Source: Mobula hypostoma
Lineage: Eukaryota
Length of the DNA: 64,000 nucleotides
Direction: 5' to 3'
NCBI RefSeq assembly: GCF_963921235.1
Contig: NC_086108.1
Coordinates: 50,470,001-50,534,000, forward strand
The position numbers and the translations under genes are program-made. Positions 25,320 through 38,357 of this stretch are shown piece by piece; position 1 is the stretch's first letter; the number at the start of each line of letters is the position of its first letter. A model generated the notes under the pieces. The model worked only from the letters and a program-made list of their open reading frames with translations, was not told the DNA's origin and searched no databases.

Positions 25320-27950
25320 ATTGAACCGCTGCAAAAATTACGCAGGAGAGGTAATAATGGGGGACAAAAATGACTGATGAACTTTATTTCGTGCTACTGT
25401 TCACTGTGGAAACACCAGCAGTATGCCAGAGGTTTAAGAGTGTCAGAGGGTAGAAATGAGTGCAGCTGCTATTACTACGGAGAAGATGCTTGGGAAACTA
25501 AAATGTCAGACGGTAGATAAGTCACCTGAACCAGATGGATCACACCCCACAGTTCTGACAGAGGTAGCTGAAGAGATTGTGGAAGCATTAGTGATGATCT
25601 TTGAAGAATCACTAAGTTCTGAAGGACTGGAAAATTGTAAATGTCACTCCATTCTTTAAGAAGGGAGAGAGGCAGAAGAAAGGAAATTATAGGCCAGTTA
25701 GCCTGACTTCCGTGGTTGGGGAGATGTTGGAGTCCATTATTAAGGATGAGATTTCAGGGTGCTTGGAGGCACATGATAAGGTAGGCCAAAGTCAGCATTG
25801 TTTCTGTAAGAGGAAATCTTACCTGACAAATCTGTTGGAATCCTTTGAGGAAATAACAAGCAAGATAGACAGAGAAGAGTTAGTAGATGTTGTTTACTTG
25901 GATTTTCAGAAGGCGTTTGACAAGGTGCTACCCATGAGGCTACTAATTGAAATATGAGCCCATGGTATTACAGGAAAGATACTAGCATGGATAGAAGATT
26001 GACTGACTGGCAGGAGACAGTGAGTTGGAATAAAGGTGGCCTTCATTTGTTGGTTGCCAGTGACTCATGATGTTCCACATGGGTCGGTGTTGAGACCATT
26101 CCTTTTTGAGTTATATGCCAATGATTTGGATGACAAAATTGATGGCTTTGTGATGAAGTTTTCAGACTATACAAAGGTAGATGGAAATGCAGGTCTTGTC
26201 TTGTCTTGTCTCCCTTTCTCTTCACCATTTACACTTCGGACTTCAAATACTACACAGAGTCTTGTCATCTTCAGGAGTTTTCTGATGACTCTGCCATAGC
26301 TGGATGCATCAGCAAGGGAGATGAGGCTGAGTACAGGGCTACGATAGGAAACTTTGTCACATGGTGTGAGAGAATTATCTGCAGCTTAATGTGAAAAAGA
26401 CTAAGGAGCTGGTGGTAGACCTGAGGAGGGCTAAGGCACCAGTGACCCCTGTTTCCATCCAGGGGGTTAGTGTGGACATGGTGGAGGATTACAAATACCT
26501 GGGGATACGAATTGACAATAAACTGGACTGGTCAAAGAACACTGAGGCTGTCTACAAGAAGGGTCAAAGCCGTCCCTATTTCCTGAGGAGACTGAGGTCC
26601 TTTAACATCTGTCAGACAATGCTGAGGATGTTCTACGAGTCTGTGGTGGCCAGTGCGATCATGTTTGCTGTTGTGTGCTGGGGCAGCAGGCTGAGGGTAG
26701 CAGACACCAATAGAATCAACAACCTCATTGGTAAGGCCAGTAATGTTGTGGGGATGGAACTGGACTCTCTGACGGTGGTGTCTGAAAAGAGGATGCTGTC
26801 GAAGTTGCATGCCATCTTGGACAATGTCTCCCATCCACTACATAATGGACTGGTTGGGCACAGAAGTACATTCAGCCAGAGACTCATTCCACCGAGATGC
26901 AACACAGAGAGTCACAGGAAGTCATTCCTGCCTGTGGCCATCAAACTTTACAACTCCTCCCTTGGAGGGTCAGACACCCTGAGCCAATAGGCTGGTTCTG
27001 GACTTATTTCCTGGCATAATTTACATATTATTATTTAATTATTTTTGGTTTTATCACTATTTAATTATTTAAGGTGCAACTGTAACAAAAACCAATTTCC
27101 GTTGGGATCAATAAAGTATGATTATGACTATGACTAGGTAGTGTTGAGGAAGCAGGGAATCTTCAGAAGTACTTAGACAAATTGGGAGAATGGGGAAAGA
27201 AAGGGCAGAAGGAATATAGTGTAGGGAAGTATATGGTCATACACATTGGTAGAAGGAATTAAGGTGTGGAAATAGGAAGGAAATTCAAAAATCTGAGGTG
27301 TAAAGGGACTTGGGAATCCTAGAGGTTAACTTGCAGACTGAGTTGGTATTAAAAAAGGCAAGTGCAGTGTGAACATTCATTTTGAGAGGACTAGAATACT
27401 AAAGAAAGGACATGATGCTGAGGCATTGGTCAGACCTAAGTTGAGTATTGTGAGACGTTTTGGGCCCCTTATCTCAGAAACGATGTGCTGGCATTGGAGA
27501 GGATCCAGAGGAGGTTCATGAGAATGATTCTGGGAAAGAAAGGAGCAATTGATGGTCCTGGGTCTGTACTTGCTGGAATTTAGAAGAATGAGGGGTAATC
27601 TGATCGAAACCTATCAAATAGATAGAGTGGATGTGGAAAGTAAGTTTTCTATAGTGGGTGCCTCTAGGACCAGAAGGCACAGCCTCAGAATAAAGGAACA
27701 TCCATTTAGAACAGAGATGAGGAGGAATTTCTTTAGCAGAGGGTAGTAGGATTCTTTCCTATGGGCAGTTGTGGAGGCTGGTCATGGCGTATATTTGAAG
27801 CAGAGGTTGATAGGTTGTTGATTAGTCAGGGCATCAAAGGTTACAGGGAGAAGGCAGGAAAATGAAGTTGACAGGAGTAATAAATCAGCCATAATGGCAG
27901 CCTAGACTCAATAGGCCAAGTGGCCTAATTCCACTCCTATATCTTGTGGT
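25320..27950 (+). mobile_element. Decayed CR1 RT and 3' end, interrupted by Rex1
   Basis: DKSPEPDGSHP, YLDFQKAFDKV, EFRRMRGNLIETY. Confidence 0.85.
26205..27135 (+). mobile_element. Rex1/Babar-clade LINE 3' end
   Basis: LSPFLFTIYTSD, FSDDSAI, KTKELVVDLRR, YKYLG, YFLRRLRSFNI; AATAAA followed by (TATGAC)n tail. Confidence 0.88.
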
Positions 27951-28349
27951 CTATTGCCATGTTCATAAACACTGCAAGCATGACCCAAAAATGGCACAAA
28001 GCAATTTCTAAGCCACACTCTTGATCTGCTTTCTTTGGTTTGTATCTCACAATTTCTTCCTACCTTAGAATTTTGTGACAAACAGCAATCTTGTGAAATT
28101 AACCAACTAACCAAGAAATGAACCTAGAATTGGCTTACCCTCTAACCTACACAACCGTGCAGTTAAGTGTTAAACAGAAGGCTGGAAGATTACATGAATC
28201 AAGTATGGAGATAGTCTCTGGAAATGTATCCTTGTGACTGATAAATATTTATTACAAAGCCTAAATTATATGGCAAATTGCAGTTTGTCATCAATTAGTA
28301 TAAATACCATAGAATCTGAAGAAAAGTGGAATAGTTGGTTAAGTTGCTG

Positions 28350-28655
28350 GAGTAGCAGCTGGAATCTTAGACTAGTAATCAGAAGAAAATTTCAAATCCT
28401 ACTATAGTAACTGAACCTCAAGTGAAATCTGATCTTTTATAAAAAGACAGTCCTAGTTGTACAACCTACAAAACAAATGGATTGTTATACAAATCCAACT
28501 GGTTCACAAACTTGCTTCAGGGAGAAAATCTGTCATTCTTAACCAGTCTGGCCTGCATGCACATCCAGACCATGAGTGTGGTTGAACTGTAACTGCTACC
28601 TCCAGGGACTATGAAGGATGGATGTTAAAATGTCAGTTATGTCCATATCTCTTAA
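28350..28655 (+). mobile_element. Decayed tRNA-derived SINE (LF-SINE-like, chondrichthyan)
   Basis: gactagtaatc head, ctggttcac...aatctgtcattctta..gtctggcct core, ggatgg tail; recognised from memory of the family; tail also at about 36910-36965 (-). Confidence 0.45.
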
Positions 28656-28901
28656 GTAACATCCCTTCTGGCTTCTTTAGCCCCCTTCATGTCTTGCTGT
28701 AACTTGCTATTTGACAAACTCCAAGATAGGACACTGCAATCACTTGCTGGCAACATTTTCACTAGAGGCAAAGCAATTTTAATCTAGATGACCAACTTTC
28801 TTTCTTCTTGATTGTGCAGATTTGTTCTGAGGGGTACTCTGCTTTCAGAGTGTGTGTCATAAAGGATGCTGATTAGGTTGCAACAGCAATGACATTTATA
28901 T

Positions 28902-28994
28902 CAAGCAACACACATAAAAATTGCTGGTGAACGCAGCAGGCCAGGCAACATCTATAGGAAGAGGTACAGTCGACATTTCGGGCCGAGAGCCTTC
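28902..28994 (-). mobile_element. Short PLE pLTR fragment
   Basis: Same sequence family as 29501, 54029 and 62195; flanked by TTTATAT. Confidence 0.8.
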
Positions 28995-29500
28995 ATTTAT
29001 ATGGTGTCTTTCAATGTAACAATGCCGTAGAAGTGCTATTTAATTGTTTACTGGGTGACATGGAGATTTTAGAACAGTGCTAAATAGCCCACTAACAATG
29101 CACCATGAAAGTCTGTGATGTGTACTTTAACAGAATTTGTTTGAAATGTTGTAGGATCAAAATTACTTGATTTTTTAAATTTACCAAAATTATCTAGTTC
29201 AGAGAAATTGCATTATTGTTCCCCTAAAGCATACAGCAGCTTAATACAAGGAGGAAAACAGTAAAAAAAATAGAAGCAGCTTAATTTATTTTTAACTAAA
29301 AGACCCAAAGTCTGCATTATAAATTTTAGCTTTGAATTTCCAACCCCTTTAGATTAATCCACCTTTTGGCCCACATTTTAATCAAAGCTAGTCAACTGAA
29401 AGGTGATGAAGTGTTAACTTGATAAATCATTCCCTTATGGAAACAGGAAAATAAGATGGCCCAATAAAAACATTCAAGATACTTCAAAAAATGATACAAC

Positions 29501-29645
29501 ATACATCAAAGTTGCTGGGGAACGCAGCAGGCCAAGCAGCATCTATAGGAAGAGGTGCAGTCGACGTTTCAGGCCGAGACCCTTCCAGCAACTTTGATGT
29601 ATGTTGCTTGAATTTCCAGCATCTGCGGAATTCCTGTTGTTTGCG
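29501..29645. mobile_element. Short fold-back PLE pLTR insertion
   Basis: 17-bp TSD TCAAAAAATGATACAAC (29484-29500 and 29646-29662); internal inverted duplication. Confidence 0.88.
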
Positions 29646-29963
29646 TCAAAAAATGATACAACTGCTTTGGATAGATGGCTTTAAACTAGAGAAAAAGAAT
29701 TCAAATTTACAAAGCTAGGAAAAATAAGGAAATTCATAGCTGGGATTACTGTCCAAGATGAGACGTGTGATAAATTTGGCGGAGAAGGACACTGAGACAG
29801 CCAGTTTGAAGATGGAAGGGATGGTGTATTTCTGGAGAAGGGCTTAAGTGAGTTGTGATATGAAGAGGAGATGGCTATCAGAGTTCGTCCAAGATTAAGA
29901 GAGGCACTTGTATGGCATGTTATACTTCTATAATTTTACATTTGGTTTTAAAATTTTACTTAC

Positions 29964-30080
29964 ATTATTGAAGACAAAGGAAAATTCCTTTTTTCCTCCC
30001 ACTTTAATATTCTCTCCAATATTAAAAGAGGTAGTGCCCAAGGTTTCATCCATCACATAATTTGCATCCATTAAAGTAAT
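29964..30080 (-). CDS. PLA2G4A: cPLA2-alpha coding exon (equivalent to exon 5), C2 domain CBR3
   Basis: 117 nt, ttttcag/ATT...AAT/gtaagt; [39 protein letters not shown] with the conserved DANY motif. Confidence 0.97.
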
Positions 30081-30699
30081 CTGAAAAAGTAGACATTAAA
30101 TCTTTCATGCACAAATATCTAAAGTAGTACAAGCAAGCTACACATTAAGGTAACAACGCAGCTTTTTCTCCACACTGAACTGAATACTTATTCAAGCATA
30201 AAATCCTTCTACACAATGGGAGACAGAGGCATTGGGTCAGGTGGTTGCTGGAGTAACAGTTATTATATTAAGAAGTGACTTCAGTCACAATTTATATCTC
30301 AATGTTAGGATCACAGCACAAGAAGCTTCATTCTGGGGTAAACTGATACACAACCTCCTGCATGAAGATGGCCACATCATCACTGGAACAAGATTTAAAA
30401 CGGTGCCTTTCATTTGGGCAAGGAAGGGAGAAAGAGCTGCTGCCATTAGAATTAGGATTCCAATATGTGAGGAAGGGAACAATGATCTTACATGCATTCT
30501 CATAGCAAATATTCCCGAACAACATGTCATCAGGATAATGTTCAAGTAAGGACAGCAAAGCTAAAGCAATCTTTCAAGATTTTGGAGTGAGCTGTTTTTC
30601 CACAATAAATGCATACCTTCGTGCCTACCTTCATTACACTTAATTACATAGAATTGAACTGAATATCCAATAACTATTTTCAGAAAGAGGATACTCTAC

Positions 30700-30848
30700 C
30701 TCCATAATATTCTTCTCGTTTGGGTCAAGAAGAAATTCAAATGTCTCATTCCACTCAGGGTTGACAACATTGTTGAGATATCTGCTCCGTTTTCGACCCT
30801 CTGGCGCCGAGGGGATGAACAGTTCCACATAAGGGTCGGGAGTGTCAA
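30700..30848 (-). CDS. PLA2G4A: cPLA2-alpha coding exon (equivalent to exon 4), C2 domain calcium-binding loops
   Basis: 149 nt, ctcag/TTGAC...GAG/gtagag; (L)[49 protein letters not shown]; phase 1 to 0. Confidence 0.97.
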
Positions 30849-30992
30849 CTGAGTAGTCAGAACAGGAAAAAAAAAATCACGGCTCAAAGATGCTTACTTG
30901 CAATGGGATTTACCCCCGAAGCTTAGTTCTTTTATTCTACTGTATAAATGAGGTTTGTAAATTGAAATTTCAGTTAAAAATAATGTTTTCTA

Positions 30993-31745
30993 TAGATTAG
31001 ATTAGACTTTATTGTCATTGTGCCGAGTACAGATACAAAGCCAATGAAATGCAGTTAGCATCTGACCAGAAATGCAAAGAATAGTGTTATTTACAAAATA
31101 ACTGTGAATAAAAAGTAAGTGCTACAGCACACAAATATGTAAGTACTGAGACAGTACAATATGGGTGCAATAGTGCTTAGCGCAGTGATGTGAGGTTCAG
31201 CAGGGTCACAGCCTCAGGAAAGAAGCTCTTCCTGTGCCTGCTGGTGTGGGAGTGGAGGCTCCTGTAGCGCCTACTGGATGGGAGGAGAGTATAAAGTCCA
31301 TGGTTGGGGTGAGATGCATCCCTGATAATGCTTTTTGCCCTGCCCAGGCAGCATTTATGGTGGATGTTCTCAATGGTGGGCAATTGGGTGCTGATAATCC
31401 GCTGGGCAGTTTTCACCACACTGGAGTGCTTTGCGGTCCGATGCAGGACAATTGCCATACCACACTGAGATGCAGTTGGTGAGTATGCTCTCAATGGTAC
31501 AGCGGTAAAAGTCCGTCAGTATCCTGGGACAGAGGTGAGCTTTCCTGATGCTCCACAGGAAATAAAGACGCTGTTGCACTTTTTTGATCAGGATGGAGGA
31601 GTTCAGGGACCAGGTGAGATCCTCGGAAATGTGGACACCATGGAATTTGAAGCTTGATACACACTCTACTACAGCTCCGTTGATGTAGATGGGGATGTGA
31701 GTGTGGCTCCTAGCATGCCTGAAGTTCACAATGATCTCCTTGGTC
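30993..31745 (-). mobile_element. Rex1/Babar-clade LINE 3' end (second subfamily)
   Basis: PIYINGAVVECVSSFKFHGVHISEDLTWS...QQRLYFL; (CTAAT)n tail. Confidence 0.85.
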
Positions 31746-32544
31746 TATGACGTACATACTTTTACTCTTGTATTTAGCCTCAGCCTAACAAATCTTGATG
31801 CCAACGGATATCGTTATTCTGCTTTTATGGAAACGGCATGATCATTAGTTTGTGGGATATTAAATCTGAGGTTTGGAATTTTCTTTTAACACCTACTGTA
31901 ATAAGACTGAAAAGACCTTGTCAGTCACTCTGTATAAAAAGGAGAGGTCACTAGGAAAACATACCTGGCATATTGAACAGAGGTTTGAACCTCGGCTGAA
32001 GGTGCCAGCAAAATGGATGACTTCATATCAATCTGTATTGTATCACACCTACCAGATATTGGCATATTCACTCCCATCTAAACTGCCTCAGAAACTCGCT
32101 GTATTCTCGTGACAACTTGCATTCCCACTCATTTTTGTAATGTTTCTAAGGTTACATTTGGTTCCTTCAGTCATTTCATTAACATATATTGTGAGTAGCA
32201 TGAGGAAAAGCATTTAAAAAAGAAAATTCTGTGTTTGTGGATTGATGGATGTTGGTTCAATAATATAATCCACACTGTTGCCAAAGGAATTACAAACTAG
32301 CCTTAGAATAGAGAGTTAAAAACTACAATTAACACTGCCATAGTGTGTATTAACTGGCACCAATAATTATGCATCTTGTTAAAAATAGAAACTAATGGTG
32401 TCTGAGAAATCTTTATTTTCTTTATTTTGTGGAATGCTTGAAACAGTTTTGCAGTCTGGAAGTGTCAAGTAAATGGAAGACAATTCTGTATCACATAGCT
32501 ATAAAACAACAAACGTAGCTTGAGAAACATTCCTAAAATATATT

Positions 32545-33145
32545 GGGTTAACACATTCACCGAGTTTAACACTGATCCTTCGACTGCCCTATTTGGTATT
32601 GTTGGAGGGAAAGATATCATCTTGAAGACATCAGATTTGCACATTCTGGCTTTTATCTCTCTTATGGCTAGGAGGGTGCTTTTGTTTAAATGGAAGGATG
32701 CTGTTCCACCTAACCATGCTCAGTGGTTATGGGATGTTATGGCATGCCTAAATTTAGAAAAGATTCATTGTTCAATTTCTGAATCTAACCAAGATTTTTG
32801 AAATTTGTGGGTGCCGTTTTAAAATTATTTTCATAATCTTTGACTTCTAGTTAAAGTACAGAAGTTGGTTAATAGCATAGTTTATTATCTGATGAGGTTT
32901 TTTTTTTCTTTTTTTTCCCCGAACAGCTTCGACTTTGGTGTAGATCTTTTTATAAATAAAATTGTTTATATTCTAATATACAAAATAATCTAATCTATAT
33001 GAATATAGAGTAAGGAGTTCATTAATGTGATTCAATATACTGTATCTGGTATTATTATATTTTTTCTTTTGTTTTATAATATGTATTCTCTTGGACTCTG
33101 TATTCTTCTATATAGAAATCAATAAAAATATTGAAAAAGAAAGAA
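32545..33145 (+). mobile_element. L1/Tx1-clade LINE 3' end
   Basis: ALFG...ARRVLLFKWKDAVPP..AQWLWDVMACLNLEKI resembles fish L1 ORF2 C-terminus; AATAAA plus A-rich tail. Confidence 0.7.
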
Positions 33146-36100
33146 GAACACGGGTTTGGCTTTTGAGCCTTAATGTAATTGACCACCCCGCTGTTTTTGC
33201 ACAGGAAACACTGGCACATCTTGAGTGAAGGACCATTTTTCCTGAACCCAAATCAACATGGCACTATTTGTTAATTTAGCTAGGCTGTTATTGTGGGATG
33301 TTTTCTGCAAATTTATACTAATGGCACATTTAACAGAAATCACTTTCCACAAGGAAATCTTAAATTCATTTAAGGATAACTTTAAAAACTAAAAAAGAAG
33401 CCATCAAAAGACTTAAACCTTACATTCAACCAAGAAAGCTGAGGGAGGTAACTGCAGGTGAAGCCAGTGAAGCAACAATCTGCTGCAAGAACTCAACACA
33501 TTGATGAAAAACTGAGGAAGTATAGAGATTGACAAAACCCTGCAATAGGACTGAAAGTGAGGGAGGCCAGGTAGCCAATATAACAAGGGGAGTGGTGAGA
33601 GCAGAATCTGAGGTGATTGGTGGACTGAGGAAGGGTGTAGGACAGCCTGCAGGGGAGTCCAGTGAGGGGAAGTGAACAGGGAGTGGAGTAGCAGGTGAAT
33701 AAGGAATAGGGGATTAAAAGAGCAGGGTGGCAAGGTGGCAGGGGGGGGGAAACTCGAGAGAGCTGGGCGGTGCAAGCTGGGCAGTGAGGTGGGGGGGCCG
33801 AGAGAGGGAGGCAAGGAGGGGGTGCATGAGAGCCAGGAGCGGGAGGGGTGTGAGAGGCGGAGGGGGGCGTGAGAACTGGGAGGCAAGGGGGTTAGGGAGG
33901 AGAAGTAGGAGTGTAGGTGATGGGGAGAGCACAAAAAAGAGTGAGAGCATGCGAGGGAGGGGCCGAGCACATGCCAGGGGCGGGGGAGGGAGAAAAGGAA
34001 CAAGAGAGAACAAAGGATCATGTAAAAGTTGTAACATACAGGTCAGATCTATTGAAGAGAACCAAAATAAAGAGGAGCATGTTATAAATGCCTTGTACAG
34101 CAGGAAGTGTCTGGGCTCTGGGTATGGAGAAAAATTGAGATAGTGTTACAAATAAATAACCAACAGCAGAACCGGTAATTCTGAGACAAACAAACAATAC
34201 ATACTGACTAAGAGTTTTGACTTTGATATGAAAGACTTGAATACATTCAAAGCAAAGACCTTCAGTCGTTTGAAATACTACACAGTGAAAGGGAATGGGG
34301 AGAGAACAAAAAAAAGTAATGTGGATACCAAGACTGGGTCAGGCATGACTTTATTAAATGGCCAACCTAGTTTGAAGAGCCAATTAGCTTTTCCTGCCTC
34401 TGTTTATTATGTATTCACAGCTGAAGTTTCACCATGCTTAGCCAAGATTTTGCATATGCTTTAAATTTTCATGCAAATTAATTTGAATAAACACGAAGAA
34501 ATTAGAAAAAGAAGAGCAACTGTTTTGTGCGTTAGGATTTGCCCGTGACAAATCAATAAACTAATTTTTCAATTCCAGGGTTGCTTTTGATGTGAGAAAA
34601 GGTCATTGTTAGTTCGTGAACAACAAGTAAAGATCAGAGCCTGGCAAAATCATAATTGTCTACTGCTGTATAAACATGGGCTTCTAGTGCTGTTATGTCT
34701 TAAAATATGCAAATGATTTATGGGAAACAGTCTCCACGCCCCACTACCTTCACAGCCGTCAGTCAATTTCCAAACACATTAAACCGGAAGTTTAGAGATT
34801 GCACATCTATTTTCAATCAGCTCCAAGGTTCTTTGAATACTACAGCAACTCAGCCCACTCTCCACCCACCCAATGATCCTGGTCATTGCAGAACCCAGAA
34901 CTGGATGTCAACTAGCCAAAAGAGAATATGAAGGCCTCATGTACGGATTGACTGAGCTGCAATTCACGGGGTTGGGAAGAGTCAGGTTGGACTACAATAA
35001 GATATGAGATATTTTGAAAATTACAGAAATATTCCCTCTGCACTCATCTCTCAATCCTCACGGCAGGAACTAGTCTTGATAGAAACAATGGGAATTTGTT
35101 GTTCATTGGTTTTAGTGAAAAAGATCAGAAAATGTTTAACAAAATACTAAGATTGCACAGATTGAAAGATCATTAAAATATTACTCTTTGATAAGGTATA
35201 CATCCACTTAACAGTGGAACCATTAGCCTCTCAGAGATTCCACCGGAAATAGGCAGAATGAATTCTCAGTCTGACAAAGACAGACAAGCTTTGAATATAT
35301 ATGGTCCTCACATTCAGAGACATTGTCATTCCCGCTCTGGGATATACAGTCTCTTCAGTGGTCTTCCAAGATCACAAGGTATCCACAAGGCTTTCAAAGT
35401 ATTGAGATGATCCAGTTTTTTTTTAAACAGTGAAAACATGCACCAGAGAGTGTTCAGTAAGTGAAGTGAACCGCCAGTTGAAGTGGCTGAGGCACATACA
35501 TTAACAACATTTAAAAAGACACTTAAACAAGTACACGGCTGGGATAAGTTTGGTGGAATATGGGTAAAATGGCAATTTAACTTGGTTTGAGCCAGATGGG
35601 CCGAAAAGCCATTTTCTGCGCTAAATCACTCTGCTCAGCACATTAGCTGCTGGCAATCTGCAGGAATTCCAGATCATTTAAATTCTCTGACCCACAACAT
35701 CCTCAGGCATTTATGAGGTAGGGAATGCTGGGGCGGGGGAGAGCCATGTACTTTAAGTGCAAACAAGTGGGGATTTTATTGAAAAAGGTTGAGAAACACA
35801 GCCCTAATCATCACGTTCTACTAACCATGGACAAGGGACAGGAACAATGTGTGCTCACCACCCACTTTAAGCACTATCATTAGCTTTCTCTGGTTTGAAA
35901 AGTATCATTATGTTACATACAAAGCATCCTTTTTAAAAGTTTCAAAACTTTTAGACCACTAAGTTTTTTGTCTATCCTGGGTATTCATGAACAGTTCATT
36001 GCCATGTAGAATAGAATTGAACTTTATTGTCATTGCCCAAGACAACCAGATTGAGATGCAGCCCCAGTCCATGCAAAACATATTCACGATGCATGCAGTA

Positions 36101-36989
36101 AGGTGTTTTTTTCTTCAAATCTCATATGTTTGATTGTCCATAACACTGAAGGGTCATTTGCAAGCTGGAGTGTAGCATTATTCAGCTGCATATCAGCCAT
36201 TGGGAAGAAGCTGTTTTTTTAATCTTACTGTTTTGGCCAAGATGTTTCTATTTCAGGGGGTTGGGGATTGAACAGTGGCCTGGAGGGGATGGGTCATTAC
36301 TGATGTCAGGAGCCCATGAAAGAAACAAGATAGTAACCACGTGCCAATGTGTAAAAGCAACGTTGATGAAAAACAAATCAAATTCTTACACATCAGCTAA
36401 ATCCACAAATTTGACTTTAAAAAATACTTTCACGTAAATCAGATTCCTTAACACTACCAGTTTGTAATTAGATTCACCTTACAGACAACTAACAAAAGTC
36501 CTTAACAGACCGAAAGGCCAAAGGCAAGTCTGACTTTTGCATAAGCATCTATTCAAATCAAGAACAACTCAGAACTCAGTGAGTAACTGAGTTCCACTGG
36601 AAGCCAGAGATTGTGCCACTGTGTAAATGCCAATAATCCAGGATTCCGGTTTCCTAGCAGAAAGATCTGCCAAATAAAAACATACTTAAGGCCAAAAATG
36701 ACACAAACATACTATCACCTGAAGGAGTGCTCAGGGTTCGATCAACCTGCTCAGGTTACCAATTGCAATGTACATCGACAGAAACTGTGTGGCTCACCTG
36801 ACAGCACTTCCAACACTAAGTGAAGACACACTTCATCTCAGTCACTGGCCTTAGTGTGCCAGCAAAATCTTGGGAAGCAAAAGGCAGGGAGAGGGGTTTC
36901 AATATTACTTACTCATTCACAGGATAAGCATTGCTGGCAGGCCAGCATTTACTGCCCATCCCAAACCTCTTGAGCTATCATAACCCCAG

Positions 36990-37770
36990 AACAGCACGGC
37001 CCTGCACAGGCCATTCAGCCCACGATGTTGTGCTGACCTAGATACCAGTTTATACAAAATGTCCTCCTCCTGTGTGACATCCATATCCTTCCATTCCCTT
37101 CATATTGATGTGTCTATCTAAAAACCTCAAATTTCACCAAACGGTTTGATTCTACTACTACCACTGGTAATCTATTCCATGCACTGACCACTGTTAGTGT
37201 AACCCACCCCCTTCCCCCAATCTGGTGTTGGTGTTTGACATTTCTACCCTGGGAAAAAGATTGACTGCCTACCCTGTCTATGCCTCTCATAATTTAAAAA
37301 AAAGAAACCTCTATCAGGTCTTCCCTCAGCCTATGATACTCCAGGGAGAACAACCCAAATTTGTACCATCTTTCCTTATTGCTTATACCCCCTAATCCAG
37401 GCATCATCCTGGCAAACCCTTTCTGCACACAATGCTCCAAGAACGAAAAGTTCTTACCCTTATACTTAATATCTCTGCTACTGAAGGCTTTCTTTCCCAA
37501 CATATCCACTTCCATAGCCTCTTAAGGACCTGAACCTCAAGATCACTCTGTATCTCAATGCTATTAAGGGTTCTACCATCCTTTCTCCTTTCATCTGACC
37601 TCCCAAAGGGCAACAACTCACACTTGCCCAGATTAAACTCCATCTGCCACTTCTCTGGCCATATCTGTAACTGATCCACTTCCTGCTCTATTCTTTGATA
37701 GTCGTTTACATGTCCACAAGTCCGTCCATCTTGGAGTTATCTGCAAACTTGCTAAGCCGCCCATTTACAG
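36990..37770 (-). mobile_element. Decayed CR1 3' fragment
   Basis: WQMEFNLGKCE; FGLFSLEYHRLREDLIEV. Confidence 0.8.
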
Positions 37771-37814
37771 TACATTTTTAAAGTCAAGGCCAAATTAGAT
37801 TTATGATCAAAGTA

Positions 37815-38357
37815 CACTCAGTAGTTATGTTATTATGTACACCAGCTAGTTAATGTAGATATATAATCAGCCAACCATCTGGCAGCAACTCCATGCATAA
37901 AAGCATGCAGACATGGTCAAGAGGTTTGGTTGTTGTTCAGACCAAACATCAGAATGGGGAAGAAATGTGATCTAAGTGACTTTGACCATGGAGTAATCGT
38001 TGGTGCCAGAAGGGGTGGCTTGAGCATCTCAGAAACTGCTGATCTTGTATTTTCATGCAACTGTCTCTAAGGTTTACAGTGAATGCTGTGAAAAACAAAA
38101 AAAAATCAAGAGTGCCAGTTCTGTTGGCAAAAATGCCCTGTTAATGAGAGAGGTCAGAGGAAAATGGCCAGACTGATTCAAGATGATGGGAAGGTGACTC
38201 AAGTAACCATGTATTACACTGGTGGTGTGCAGGAGAGCTTCTCTGCATGCACAACAAGTTGAACCTTGAAGTGGATGGGCTACAGCAGACCGCAAACATA
38301 CACTCAGTGCCCACTTTGTTAGGCACCTCCTGTACCTAATAAACTGGCCACTGAATG
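37815..38357 (+). mobile_element. Tc1-like non-autonomous element
   Basis: Transposase HTH remnant MGKKCDLSDFDHGVIVGARRGGLSISETADL; CACTCAGTG(G)CCACTTTATTAGG-type TIRs with TA flanks. Confidence 0.8.

Noticed and set aside
24956..25377. ORFs rich in CV/HT repeats
   Set aside because: Translations of the (TG)n microsatellite
30232..30558. Three overlapping ORFs in the short 619-nt intron 4
   Set aside because: No recognisable homology or splice context; ordinary chance ORFs
33413..34143. Long Pro/Ser/Leu-rich and Gly/Arg-rich ORFs
   Set aside because: Purine/pyrimidine-skewed low-complexity tract, probably a decayed PLE terminal region
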